Both the position numbers and the translations under genes were made by a program. The notes under the pieces were generated by a model. The model was not told the origin of the DNA. It made no database searches and saw nothing but the letters and a program-made list of their open reading frames with translations. Shown piece by piece: positions 1 to 10,166 of a stretch of 64,000 bases of DNA. Source of the stretch: Trichormus sp. ATA11-4-KO1 (lineage in GTDB: Bacteria > Cyanobacteriota > Cyanobacteriia > Cyanobacteriales > Nostocaceae); the NCBI GenBank assembly GCA_019358915.1, contig JAHHIM010000009.1, positions 32,001-96,000 on the forward strand, written 5' to 3'. Every line of letters starts with the position of its first letter. Positions within the stretch are counted from its first letter, which is position 1.

Positions 1-178
1 ATGGATAGGTTCAATGCAGGTGTAGTTTACCCCAATAGGATTATTTCTATTCAGGCTAATGTCATACTGATGCGATCGCCTTCGCTCAACTCACTGTCAG
101 ACTGAGAGATAATTGAATGGTGTAGTCTCCAAATAACCGGATGCTCTTCTCATAGCGTCAAGAAGAAAATTTTTCACG

Positions 179-565
179 TTATTCCCACATCCTCTGTACA
201 GAATAAGTATCGAATTTTGTATCCCTGCTAATAATAGTTAAGGAGTGATTCATTGCTTGTGCAATCAACATCCGGTCAAAAAGGTCGCCATGACGTAGCG
301 GGAGATTCCGAACTTGAACCGTATCGGCAAAAGAGATCGGAAGTATGAGAATATCTGAAGCTTCTAGCGCAGAACCTATGGTTTCATAGTTCCGTTGCAG
401 TGATAATTTGCCAAGTTTCAATTTAATGGCAATTTCCCAAAGACTAGCAATACTGAGATAAACCATATCTGCTGTATCGACGATTATTCTTAGATCATCT
501 GGAAGGCTGGAGTCATTTTCAGTTAGCCAGATAAAAGCATGAGTATCTAAAAGAAAAGCATTCAT
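179..565 (-). CDS. vapC: PIN-domain VapC-family toxin
   Basis: LLDTH, SIASLWEIAIK, HGDLFDRMLIAQA and ISRD motifs of the PIN toxin family; 4-nt overlap with upstream antitoxin. Confidence 0.9.
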   Translation of the reverse strand: MNAFLLDTHAFIWLTENDSSLPDDLRIIVDTADMVYLSIASLWEIAIKLKLGKLSLQRNYETIGSALEASDILILPISFADTVQVRNLPLRHGDLFDRMLIAQAMNHSLTIISRDTKFDTYSVQRMWE

Positions 566-792
566 TCCATATACTCTTGAAAATCTTCAAGAGGTTCATC
601 AAAATTATCAGGCAAGGGTAGAACAAAAGTTCCTTTTAAGATACCAGATCGACGTTTTTTTGGGAGTGAGCTTTCTTGAGAAATAGCCTGGGAATATTTT
701 TCAACTAAATACTTGGCATAATGCAAGAGTTCTTGTTTAAGTGACTCTGGCATTTGATCTAGTGTTTGTAAAAGTTCTGAATCAATAGTCAT
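562..792 (-). CDS. Antitoxin (DUF2281-like) of the VapBC pair
   Basis: 76 aa ending RRSGILKG...PDNFDEPLEDFQEYME, typical of cyanobacterial DUF2281 antitoxins; RBS AGGAG; overlaps toxin start. Confidence 0.8.
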   Translation of the reverse strand: MTIDSELLQTLDQMPESLKQELLHYAKYLVEKYSQAISQESSLPKKRRSGILKGTFVLPLPDNFDEPLEDFQEYME

Positions 793-1079
793 GGTTTCTC
801 CTAGGAGGTTTTGACTAAAGAGAGATGTCCACGCGGTAGTTAATGAATCGGGTGATAGACTATACTTGTAAAGCTGCTTTTAAGCAAAATCTTCACATCA
901 ATAGATTAAGAAATTTGGCTTGCTGTTTTGGGTATAGCTAGAAAAACGTGCCCATTTTTTATTGTATCCCGTGATGACGTACCACTAACTACCCAAAATT
1001 AGAGAAGTATTGATTTAGAGATGCGATCGCTTTAAACTTTCGGGAAGATGGGAAAGTGTTTTTTGGTAAACCGTTGTTA

Positions 1080-1691
1080 TTAAATTGACCGCAACCACCC
1101 TAGAAAATCTTTTGTACTGGCGAAATATTTCTGTATTCCTGCTGCACTCAATATTTGCTTAATCTCTTTCGTGCCAAAGTCCTTAGAATTTCCAGTTAAC
1201 AGAATTTTCTGAGCATCTGAAAAGGTTTTAGCATGATTAAGAATAGAATGTAAAATTAAATTATCTGTGGGATCAGGAATAAATTTTTGATTGAGACTGT
1301 CTATAAGTATAGATGATTCTAGATTTATTAAATCCACATTATTTGCAGCCCATGTTAAAACTTCAAAAAGGCGAATATTGATATCATTGATTCTTCGGTC
1401 ACTTTGAATTTTCGCTTGTTCTAGGTATCTTTGAATTTCTTTAGAGTATTCAGAATTTACATCTCCTTTTACTTTACTGATTTCATCCACCATCCGTACT
1501 TTAAAACTATTACTTCTTTGACGTTCATTTTCTAGTACAGAAAGAGCTTCCATAAAGCAAATTGTCGGAGACACAATTTTAATTGATGAAATTGTATCAG
1601 AACTGCTATCACTCAGCAATTGCTCAGATTCTTTGTCTTGATTTTTAGCAAAAGCAATAAAAAAATTAGTTTCAATATAAAGTATAATCAC
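1080..1691 (-). CDS. PIN-like domain protein
   Basis: ILYIETNF, MEALS, DPTDNLIL and TGNSKDF acidic motifs match the PIN fold; GTG start overlaps upstream TAG. Confidence 0.7.
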   Translation of the reverse strand: MIILYIETNFFIAFAKNQDKESEQLLSDSSSDTISSIKIVSPTICFMEALSVLENERQRSNSFKVRMVDEISKVKGDVNSEYSKEIQRYLEQAKIQSDRRINDINIRLFEVLTWAANNVDLINLESSILIDSLNQKFIPDPTDNLILHSILNHAKTFSDAQKILLTGNSKDFGTKEIKQILSAAGIQKYFASTKDFLGWLRSI

Positions 1692-2155
1692 TAAAATTTA
1701 TCCCCGGTAGTCTGTGCATCAGCTAGCTTATTTACAAAACCTATTTGTGTTAATTCTTGTAATTTAGGGGGATTATCTGTTTTCCAATTGTCAGCTAAAT
1801 CTCTTAACCAACTCTCGACTAATGTTTCTAGATAATATTCAAAAATTTTCTTAGATGCAAATTCGGAATCGTATTCAGTCATTACTTCACGAGTCGGGAA
1901 CGTGTAGACAGTTGCTAGATTTTCACCATCCCATTGAAAAATATTAATGTATTCAGGAGTAGCGGTCATCGCATAAGGAACTGTAACGTGATTATGTTCC
2001 TTCTCAAATTTGAGAATTTCTTCTACTTTTCCTTTAATATCTTCCTCAATATCTCTGGCTCTAATTTTCGATACTAAAAGCTTTTGTCCGTTTTTATCCC
2101 AAGCTGTAATATCAGATACTTCTATTGTTGGGCTACTTAGTTTTTCAACGTCCAT
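1691..2155 (-). CDS. Hypothetical protein, possibly a degenerate PD-(D/E)xK restriction-endonuclease-like fold
   Basis: ORF with likely ATG at 2155 after GAGGA; DITAWDKNGQKLLVSK resembles D...(E)xK with the Glu missing; coupled to the PIN gene. Confidence 0.5.
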   Translation of the reverse strand: MDVEKLSSPTIEVSDITAWDKNGQKLLVSKIRARDIEEDIKGKVEEILKFEKEHNHVTVPYAMTATPEYINIFQWDGENLATVYTFPTREVMTEYDSEFASKKIFEYYLETLVESWLRDLADNWKTDNPPKLQELTQIGFVNKLADAQTTGDKF

Positions 2156-2278
2156 TTTTCTAGTCCTCGTGACATTGACTATTGCAACACCTTTATTGTA
2201 AAGGATGAGCAAATAAATCAGTTACAATAATAGTGATAAATATGATTGTAACTATGAGCGTCGTTATTCCTAACTAAA

Positions 2279-3228
2279 GGTAGTGGTAAATATGTAGTGA
2301 GAATAAAATTAGGCGCTACAACAAGAATTATAATGATGAATAAAATACCAGATAGCACCAATGTGGTTATCTAGCCTTTTTGAGAATGATAAAGTTTTTC
2401 TAACCAAGCGAGAGATTCTTTGACGCATTGTATTGTTGAAACGTTCAATATGGTTAGTCTTGCCACTTTCTTTCCCTACTGCCTGATGACGTTTTTGAGG
2501 AATAACTTGTGCATAAGCTGCCCAAAAATCTGTATAACAAACAGCACACTGACGATAAATTGGTGGTAGAGAATTCCATAATCCTCTAGCTCCATCTTCA
2601 CTGCGCTCGCCTATGTAAACTCCAACTATTTCTCTAGTCTTTTTATCCAAAGCTAACCAAATCCATTTCTTATTATTTTTACTAGCTACGAATGACCAAG
2701 CCTCGTCACATTCGATAGTCAACTTTCCTTTAGGTTTCTCTGAAACCTTAACCTCTTGAGGAATCTGAGTATATTTGTTATTAACGTATTTCTGTAACCA
2801 AGTTTCTGAAACAAGAGCAGCACGAGCAATCCCTGCCAGAGGTATCTTTTCAAGTAAAAGTCGATCAATCAGCTCTATCGTATCTTTACTAATAACTTTA
2901 TTAGTGGGATTTTCTATAAACTGTCTTTTACAGTTTTGACACTGATACTTTGGTTTTTGATGATGAATCCTACCGTTTTTGACAGTATGTTGAGAACCGC
3001 AACTGGGGCAAGTAGGTGTTTTGGCTGACATCGAGGCTGCAATATTCTAATTTTAAAATACTTGTACTTTATTACTTTTAACATTTTCTGGCTAAACGAT
3101 ATATTTAGCAATCTTATCCTTGAGAGACAATTCAATCAGCCAGTTAAATAGAATTCAAAATTCCCATAGCTAAAAATGAATAATTTGATTTAGAAATTAT
3201 CAGGTTTCACTACATATTTACCACTACC
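2279..3228 (-). mobile_element. IS1-family insertion sequence, 950 bp
   Basis: Perfect 22-bp terminal inverted repeats GGTAGTGGTAAATATGTAGTGA (2279-2300) and TCACTACATATTTACCACTACC (3207-3228) enclose the transposase. Confidence 0.92.
2309..3031 (-). CDS. IS1-family transposase, single in-frame InsAB
   Basis: CPSC...CQNC zinc finger, ECDEAWSFV, YTDFWAAY, TNHIERFNNTMRQRISRLVRKTLSFSK. Confidence 0.93.
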   Translation of the reverse strand: MSAKTPTCPSCGSQHTVKNGRIHHQKPKYQCQNCKRQFIENPTNKVISKDTIELIDRLLLEKIPLAGIARAALVSETWLQKYVNNKYTQIPQEVKVSEKPKGKLTIECDEAWSFVASKNNKKWIWLALDKKTREIVGVYIGERSEDGARGLWNSLPPIYRQCAVCYTDFWAAYAQVIPQKRHQAVGKESGKTNHIERFNNTMRQRISRLVRKTLSFSKRLDNHIGAIWYFIHHYNSCCSA

Positions 3229-3422
3229 CGAATGTTTTGACTATAATTTTTATCCACCTTGAAAGGGCTAGTTCCATAATTGGAATCTAAACATCACCGT
3301 CTTTGTAGTCAAGCTCAAATCAGCAAAATATTCTGGTAAAAAAAGTATTAGTCAGCTAACGAACCAAGGATAATGGAGCATAATTAACCTTTATAGCTGT
3401 TAACACAACGCCACAAATAACT

Positions 3423-4427
3423 ATGAATACACAACCAAGCAACAAAATAATTCGCGTCGGAGTCCTGGGTTTTGGCGGACTCGGACAAGCAGCCGCTAAA
3501 GTCCTCGCCGGTAAACGGGAAATGATTTTAGTTGCAGCCGCAGATCAAAAAGGCTACGCATACTCTACTGAAAGTTTAAATACTGAACAATGCATTAAAA
3601 CTTACCAATCTCAAGGTTCTGTTGGTTATCTAGAACCAGTTGGCACATTAAGCAATAACAGCATTCAAGATTTAATCGCTACCAGTCAGCCTGTAGATGG
3701 GTATTTTCTCGCATTACCTAACCTGCCGAATGACTTTATCCCCTCAGTCGCCCAAGAATTTATCAAATCCGGTTGGCGGGGTGTGCTAGTAGATGCCATT
3801 AAACGCACTAGTGCCGTAGAACAACTCTTAGCGATGAAAGCAGAACTGCAAGCAGCCGGAATTACTTATATGACAGGATGTGGTGCAACACCAGGACTAT
3901 TAACCGCCGCCGCCGCTTTAGCAGCCCAAAGCTACGCCGAAATTCACAAAGTAGAAATTACCTTTGGTGTAGGTATTGCCAACTGGGAAGCTTACCGCGC
4001 CACGGTTCGGGAAGATATTGGCCATATGCCAGGTTACACAGTGGAAACTGCCAAGGCAATGACTGACGCAGAGGTAGAAGCCCTGCTAGATAAAACTAAT
4101 GGCGTACTGACTTTAGAGAATATGGAACATGCCGATGACGTGATGTTAGAATTTGCCGGCATTTGTGCGCGCGATCGCGTTACTGTTGGTGGTGTAGTCG
4201 ATACTCGCAATCCCAAAAAGCCCCTCAGCACCAACGTTAAGATTACAGGACGCACCTTTGAAGGGAAAATTTCTACCCATACCTTTACTTTGGGAGATGA
4301 AACCAGCATGGCAGCCAATGTCTGCGGACCTGCCTTTGGTTATCTCAAAGCTGGTAGGCAATTGCACCAGCGCGGTATTTATGGAATATTTACGGCTGCT
4401 GAAATTATGCCTCAATTTGTGAATTAA
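3423..4427 (+). CDS. bioU: BioU, dehydrogenase-fold enzyme replacing BioA in cyanobacterial biotin synthesis
   Basis: GFGGLG Rossmann motif, [13 protein letters not shown] with the reactive Lys, [35 protein letters not shown] as in cyanobacterial BioU. Confidence 0.85.
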   Translation: MNTQPSNKIIRVGVLGFGGLGQAAAKVLAGKREMILVAAADQKGYAYSTESLNTEQCIKTYQSQGSVGYLEPVGTLSNNSIQDLIATSQPVDGYFLALPNLPNDFIPSVAQEFIKSGWRGVLVDAIKRTSAVEQLLAMKAELQAAGITYMTGCGATPGLLTAAAALAAQSYAEIHKVEITFGVGIANWEAYRATVREDIGHMPGYTVETAKAMTDAEVEALLDKTNGVLTLENMEHADDVMLEFAGICARDRVTVGGVVDTRNPKKPLSTNVKITGRTFEGKISTHTFTLGDETSMAANVCGPAFGYLKAGRQLHQRGIYGIFTAAEIMPQFVN

Positions 4428-4442
4428 AAATTAAGCATAGAC

Positions 4443-4485
4443 AAATAAAAATGCCAGAGAAATTCTTCTTTTGGCATTTTTATTT
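4443..4485. terminator. Bidirectional intrinsic terminator
   Basis: AAATAAAAATGCCA...TGGCATTTTTATTT inverted repeat between convergent genes. Confidence 0.7.
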
Positions 4486-4495
4486 TTTCGTTGAG

Positions 4496-5053
4496 TTACA
4501 CTGGTGGAATTTCTGAAAAATAAGAGTCGGAATTTTCTTCCAGTAGCAACTCTGGTGTTTGCATAATAAATGGCAGTTCTGCTCCCACAAGTCCTCGTTG
4601 GATGCGTTCTGATGTTTCACCAAAAATCACAAACAACGGATATATAGTATTAGCTCCCTCACTTAAAATATGACTGTGGCGAGGAGGCATTAACCACTCA
4701 TAGTCTTTATCCAGCGAAACTTGAGTTCGTCGCCAACGTCCTAACAAATCAGAAAAATCTTCATGAGGACGGTGAATAAAGACGAGAATTTCTGCACCAG
4801 TTTTAATTTTCCACTCTGGATCACACATCAAAATAGCTACATCACAGAATAAGCAAATCGCTTGTGAGTCTGAAGTTGCAGTGCTGCGGAAGCGGACAAT
4901 AGGCAAAGGGATGGTGATGACACTTTCATCTGGACGGCGCAGACTGGGAATCATTTCCAAATATGGTCGGTGTTGCTTTAGTAGAGCGATCGCAGCTAAA
5001 TTATTGCTATACTCTGCCAAGCTTGCTTCATAGTGAAATTTTTGCAAAGCCAT
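4496..5053 (-). CDS. Conserved cyanobacterial hypothetical protein downstream of pilC
   Basis: 185-aa ORF with LLKQHRPYLEMIPSLRR and ILMCDPEWKIKTG blocks; function not recognised. Confidence 0.65.
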   Translation of the reverse strand: MALQKFHYEASLAEYSNNLAAIALLKQHRPYLEMIPSLRRPDESVITIPLPIVRFRSTATSDSQAICLFCDVAILMCDPEWKIKTGAEILVFIHRPHEDFSDLLGRWRRTQVSLDKDYEWLMPPRHSHILSEGANTIYPLFVIFGETSERIQRGLVGAELPFIMQTPELLLEENSDSYFSEIPPV

Positions 5054-5252
5054 AATTCATTAAATAAATCATTAAAAGTTTGTAGTGTTCGCGTAGCGTC
5101 TCGAAGAGAGGACTTCAGTCCTCAAATACTAATTTGTAGTTCCAAAAAATTATTCAATTGGGGATGGCAAACAAAATCTTAAATTTTAAATTATGTAGAG
5201 TTAGGAATATAAAATTTTTATTCCTAACTCATAACTCATCCATTCTCATCAC

Positions 5253-6473
5253 CTAGCCCAAAGTTTCAAATACTTTAAACATAGGCAAATACATCGCTAG
5301 CAAAATCGTGCCCACCATACCCCCTAAAACCACAATCATCAGTGGTTCCAAAACACTAGTTAGCGCTTTAACTGCCTGTTCCACTTCATCTTCATAAAAA
5401 TCAGCAATTTTCATCAACATGGCATCTAATTCACCAGTTTCTTCACCAATGCTAATCATCTGAATTGCCATCACCGGAAAAACCTGATCTTTCTGCAAAG
5501 CAAGACTAATCATTCCTCCCTGTTGAATTTCTGCGCGTGCTGCATCTATGGCGTTAGCAACAACTTGGTTTCCTGATGTATCCCGCACAATTTCCAAACA
5601 AGTAAGAATTGGCACACCTGAACGAGTCAGAGCGCCGAAAGTGCGACTAAATCGGGCTACCGATGATTTTTGAATCAAGTCACCAAACAAGGGCATTTTG
5701 AGAGAAAGACGATCAATAGTAATGCGACCAACGGGTGTTTTGTAATATTGCTTATAAGCAATTCCCAATCCTATGAGAATACCAATGACAACTAAAACCC
5801 GCCAACTTCTCAATACTTCACTACACATCATCAAAAATTGAGTGAGTGCTGGCAACTCCGTACCCAATTCTGTAAAAATTTTGGCGAAAATGGGAATGAG
5901 AAACACAGTCATCCCCACAAAGATGCCGGTTGCTAAAACCCCCACAACTACAGGATAAGATAATGCTGCTTTAATTTGGTTTTGTAATCTAGCAACATCC
6001 TCTAATAACTTAGCCAACCTGTTTAGCACTTCATCTAAAACACCACCGACTTCACCAGCCTGAATCATACTGACATATAAACCATCAAAGCATTCAGGAT
6101 GTTTACGCATTGAATCTGAAAGATTCATACCGCTTTGAACATCATTGCTAATGTCAATTAGTGCTTTTTTTAATTTAGGATTACTACACTGTTCGGAAAG
6201 TACACCTAAACTTCTGACAATCGCTACACCTGCATTCACCAAAGCAGCAAATTGCCTAGAAAAGACGGCTTTATCTTTAACAGAAACTTTAGCAAGTGCC
6301 GTCTCCAGGTTCTTCAAATCAAAGCTACCAAGACTTTGAGACTGCTTCAAGTCTTGGATAACAAAACCCTGCTGTCTTAGATTAGTGCGAGCTTGTGACA
6401 AGGATTCGGCAACAATTTTTTCCTTTCGAGATTTGCCTTGGGAATCCCGAATACGAGCAACGTATGTTGGCAT
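5253..6473 (-). CDS. pilC: Type IV pilus inner-membrane platform protein PilC
   Basis: T2SSF duplicated domains (FSRQFAALVNAG, AGEVGGVLD, IGEETGELD). Confidence 0.95.
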   Translation of the reverse strand: MPTYVARIRDSQGKSRKEKIVAESLSQARTNLRQQGFVIQDLKQSQSLGSFDLKNLETALAKVSVKDKAVFSRQFAALVNAGVAIVRSLGVLSEQCSNPKLKKALIDISNDVQSGMNLSDSMRKHPECFDGLYVSMIQAGEVGGVLDEVLNRLAKLLEDVARLQNQIKAALSYPVVVGVLATGIFVGMTVFLIPIFAKIFTELGTELPALTQFLMMCSEVLRSWRVLVVIGILIGLGIAYKQYYKTPVGRITIDRLSLKMPLFGDLIQKSSVARFSRTFGALTRSGVPILTCLEIVRDTSGNQVVANAIDAARAEIQQGGMISLALQKDQVFPVMAIQMISIGEETGELDAMLMKIADFYEDEVEQAVKALTSVLEPLMIVVLGGMVGTILLAMYLPMFKVFETLG

Positions 6474-6565
6474 GGATTAAGTAATTCAAAATTAGATAAT
6501 TGTAAGAGTTACAGAAGTTTGGATCTTAGATTGAGTCAATCTAAAATCTAAAATTCGGTCAAAAT

Positions 6566-7693
6566 TTAATGCGCTCTGACAGCCCCATTAGCACCAGGTC
6601 TGGCACCTGCTGGTGGCGCAGCCGTACCAATGAGACGTTGGATCTCATCTGGCTTAGAAGTCTTCGACATCGCCGCTTCAAAAGAAATAGTTCCAGCTTT
6701 GTATAAATCGGCTAAAACCTTTTCTAAAGTTTGCATTCCCAATTTGCCGCCAGTCTGGATAGCCGAGTAAATTTGTGATGTTTTACCTTCTCGAATCAAG
6801 TTAGAAATAGCAGGAGTGACGATAAGAATTTCTTGAGCCATTACTCGACCGAATTCACCAGGTTTGGGATTTTTCTTAGTCACCAAGGTTTGGCTAAACA
6901 CAGCTACTAAAGAGTTAGATAACTGCACTCGCACTTGAGTTTGTTTTTCATGGGGAAAAACGTCGATAATCCGGTCAACTGTCTGTGCGGCGGAACTGGT
7001 GTGCAAAGTACCAAATACTAAGTGTCCTGTTTCCGCAGCTGAAATAGCCAAAGAAATCGTTTCTAAATCACGCATCTCCCCTACCAGAATAATATCTGGA
7101 TCTTCCCGTAGAGCTGCTTTCAAAGCATTAGCAAAACTCTTGGTATCTTCACCCAGTTGTCTTTGGTGAACTAAGCTTTTAATCGGTTCATAAACGAATT
7201 CAATCGGGTCTTCTACCGTGAGAATATGCTCTGCTTTGGTGCGGTTAATCAAGTCAATCATTGCCGCTAGGGTAGTTGTTTTGCCCGAACCTGTGGGACC
7301 TGTTACCAGAATTAATCCTCTGGGCTTATCTGACATTTCTCTTACCACATCTGGCAAACCTAATTTTTCAAAATTAGGAATTTTAGAACTTAGTGCCCGT
7401 AAACAAGCAGCATAAGCACCACGTTCTTTATAGACGTTCACCCGAAAGCGAGCTAAACCCTTCACACCATAAGAACAATCCAACTCCCAGGTTTGCTCTA
7501 AGGTTTTTCTCTGGGTGTTGTTGAGCATACTAAAAATCAGTCTTTGACACTGGTCTGCACTCAATACTTCGTCGCCTATGGGAGTGAGTTTGCCACTGAT
7601 GCGAAAGTAGGGAGGCAAACCTGCGGATAAATGCAAATCCGAGCCACCCATTTCAATCATCTGTTCCATCAAGTCTTCAATCATCATTTCCAT
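6566..7693 (-). CDS. pilT: Type IV pilus retraction ATPase PilT
   Basis: GPTGSGKTT, EDPIE, ALREDPD, AAETGHLVFGTLHT, AISNLIRE. Confidence 0.95.
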   Translation of the reverse strand: MEMMIEDLMEQMIEMGGSDLHLSAGLPPYFRISGKLTPIGDEVLSADQCQRLIFSMLNNTQRKTLEQTWELDCSYGVKGLARFRVNVYKERGAYAACLRALSSKIPNFEKLGLPDVVREMSDKPRGLILVTGPTGSGKTTTLAAMIDLINRTKAEHILTVEDPIEFVYEPIKSLVHQRQLGEDTKSFANALKAALREDPDIILVGEMRDLETISLAISAAETGHLVFGTLHTSSAAQTVDRIIDVFPHEKQTQVRVQLSNSLVAVFSQTLVTKKNPKPGEFGRVMAQEILIVTPAISNLIREGKTSQIYSAIQTGGKLGMQTLEKVLADLYKAGTISFEAAMSKTSKPDEIQRLIGTAAPPAGARPGANGAVRAH

Positions 7694-7762
7694 AGTTCTA
7701 ATTCCTTGTTTTTCTGTTAAATGCCCATTCCATGTTCAAAAGCCATTACTAATGACTAATTC

Positions 7763-9778
7763 TTAATCTTGAAAACGAGGAGTCATACAGTAGGGACAAT
7801 CTAGCCATTCCGGTTGTAATTCGGCGCTACAACTCCGGCAAGTAAGACCGCTCTTGCGTTTGGCTTTTAACTCTGCTTCCAAACCAGTATCGGTAAAAGT
7901 CACCCGTTCTACTTCTTCCAGGGTGGTGGCACCTTGGCGGACTAAATCGAGACTGTAAGCCAGCAAGGTTTTCATCCCCTCTTCTACTGCTACTTCCTTA
8001 ATGCGTTCTGTTGGTGCTTCTTGGTTGATTAAGGTTTGTAGATTTTCCGTAACTCGCATAACTTCGTAAACACCACAGCGTCCTTTGTAGCCAGAGCCAC
8101 TACAAGTTGGGCAAACTTGCTGATTTTTAGCTTTTGCTTCCGCAAGTTCTTCTAATGTCAAAGTATTAGCTTTGTAAAAAGTTACACCCACATCTTGGGA
8201 AGCTGATAGACCATAGCGAGCCAGTTCTTCGGTTGTGGGAGTATAGGGAATGCGACAGTCAGAACATACACGCCGCACCAAACGTTGTGCCAACACACCA
8301 ATCAAAGAGCTAGAAACCATGAACGGCTCAATACCCATTTCTCCCAGACGAGCGATCGCACCAGGGGCATCATTGGTGTGTAAAGTAGTTAAGACTAAGT
8401 GACCTGTTAAAGCAGCCTCAATCGCAGTTTTTGCTGTTTCCTTGTCCCGCGTTTCACCCACTAGCAACACATCCGGGTCTTGCCGCAAAAAAGCCCGCAA
8501 TGCCGTAGCAAAATCTAGTCCTTTTTCTCGAATTACCTGTACTTGAGTAATCCCTGGCAAACTGTACTCAATGGGGTCTTCTACCGTACTAATATTGATT
8601 CCCGGTGAGTTCTTTTCTGCTAACGCAGAATACAGCGATGTAGTTTTACCAGAACCTGTGGGGCCTGTCACCAAAATCAAACCAAAGGGACGGCTTACCA
8701 TTTCCTGGACAATTTGCAACGTTTCGGGATCAGTAATTAACTTATTCAATCCCAATTGAGTGGCAGAGTTATCCAAAATCCGTAGTACTATCTTTTCCCC
8801 ATACCGACTAGGCAAAGTATTTACACGGAAGTCCACCTTCCGTCCCTCGAACATGCGCCGGATACGTCCATCTTGGGGTAAGCGTCGTTCGGCAATATCT
8901 AGATTGGAGATGATTTTAAATCGAGCTGTGACCGCCGGCACGATTTTTTTCGGTAGGGGATCAAAAGCTTCACGCAACACCCCATCTTTGCGAAAACGAA
9001 TGCGTAAGTTTTCTTCCTGTGGTTCGACGTGAATATCCGAAACCCCTTCATGTAAAGCTTTAGCCAGAATTCTGTTGACAAGATTGATCACAGGGGCATC
9101 TTCTGCGCCCTTCATTGCTGCCCCTAAATCAGCCTCCATATCTTCTGGGGCATCTTCTAGGTCGAGATTACCGATATTCTCTAAATCTTGATTAATATCT
9201 GTAAATTTTTGTTGTTCCAGGTGCTTTTGCCGCACAGCTAAATCATCCAAGTATTGGTTAATTAGCTGTTGGTAATCTTCCTGGGTAATCACCATGCGCT
9301 GCAATGCCAAACCTTGGGGGCGCAAAATCCGGTTGAGGTCATCGGAAGCTTCTAAATTATCCGGATCGACCATCGCCACTAGAAGACAGGGCGGGTTTTG
9401 GGCTTCATTTTTTGATAACGGCACCAAGCGATGACGACGACAAATATCCGCCGGAATCAGGGTTTCAATTAGGTTCCCCACATTTGTATTGCCGATGTCG
9501 TTGACTTCCGGATCAAGGAACTCAACGCCGTATAATATTTTAAGTTCAAATAGCTGCTGTTTCTTGTACTGCCGGAGAAACTCAGGTGATAGTTGTCGCC
9601 CGGTGATTGACTCCAGTACTTCCGTCAAGGGTATGCCAGATTTGCGACTTTCAATCAGCGCTTGCCGCATCTGTTCATTGTTGACATAGCCAGACTGTAC
9701 TAGCTTATTACCAAAGGACGAAAACTCTGTTCTTGTAGTTAGAGCGGTACTGCGCCGTTGTGGTGACGAGTAAGTCAT
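7763..9778 (-). CDS. pilB: Type IV pilus assembly ATPase PilB with cyanobacterial C-terminal Cys-rich extension
   Basis: DIAERRLPQDG, GPTGSGKTT, LRQDPD, tetracysteine motif, C-terminal CRSC...CPYC. Confidence 0.95.
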   Translation of the reverse strand: MTYSSPQRRSTALTTRTEFSSFGNKLVQSGYVNNEQMRQALIESRKSGIPLTEVLESITGRQLSPEFLRQYKKQQLFELKILYGVEFLDPEVNDIGNTNVGNLIETLIPADICRRHRLVPLSKNEAQNPPCLLVAMVDPDNLEASDDLNRILRPQGLALQRMVITQEDYQQLINQYLDDLAVRQKHLEQQKFTDINQDLENIGNLDLEDAPEDMEADLGAAMKGAEDAPVINLVNRILAKALHEGVSDIHVEPQEENLRIRFRKDGVLREAFDPLPKKIVPAVTARFKIISNLDIAERRLPQDGRIRRMFEGRKVDFRVNTLPSRYGEKIVLRILDNSATQLGLNKLITDPETLQIVQEMVSRPFGLILVTGPTGSGKTTSLYSALAEKNSPGINISTVEDPIEYSLPGITQVQVIREKGLDFATALRAFLRQDPDVLLVGETRDKETAKTAIEAALTGHLVLTTLHTNDAPGAIARLGEMGIEPFMVSSSLIGVLAQRLVRRVCSDCRIPYTPTTEELARYGLSASQDVGVTFYKANTLTLEELAEAKAKNQQVCPTCSGSGYKGRCGVYEVMRVTENLQTLINQEAPTERIKEVAVEEGMKTLLAYSLDLVRQGATTLEEVERVTFTDTGLEAELKAKRKSGLTCRSCSAELQPEWLDCPYCMTPRFQD

Positions 9779-10166
9779 AGGTGAGCAATGAGTAGGGAAA
9801 ACCTCTGATTAAAGTATTCCCAGCCTAAGGCAGAGAATTTTCATTGACACTGAGTAAATTTAGGTCAGCCCCTTCAGGGAATTAAAAATTAAAAATTAAA
9901 AATTGAAGACCCCATAGATGAGTCTGGAGGTTTGAATAATGATGAGGGGTGAGTAATTGAAGTGCCACTCTTCCCAAAGGTTTACTCCTGGTGTTAACCT
10001 ACTCGTTCGGGATACCGTCCCCAGGGAGTCTACGCTAACGTGTTCACCATTTGTCACAATAATGAAAACGTGACATCACTTCCAGGAAAATGTCAGCAAC
10101 AAAATTAGCCTCAGTTGTAAGCTGTGGTGACGTACTGCCATAAACACAATCTGGGACGAGTAGACC

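Noticed and set aside
2914..3135. Separate InsA-like ORF in the IS
   Set aside because: The zinc finger is already in the main transposase frame; this ORF has no motif
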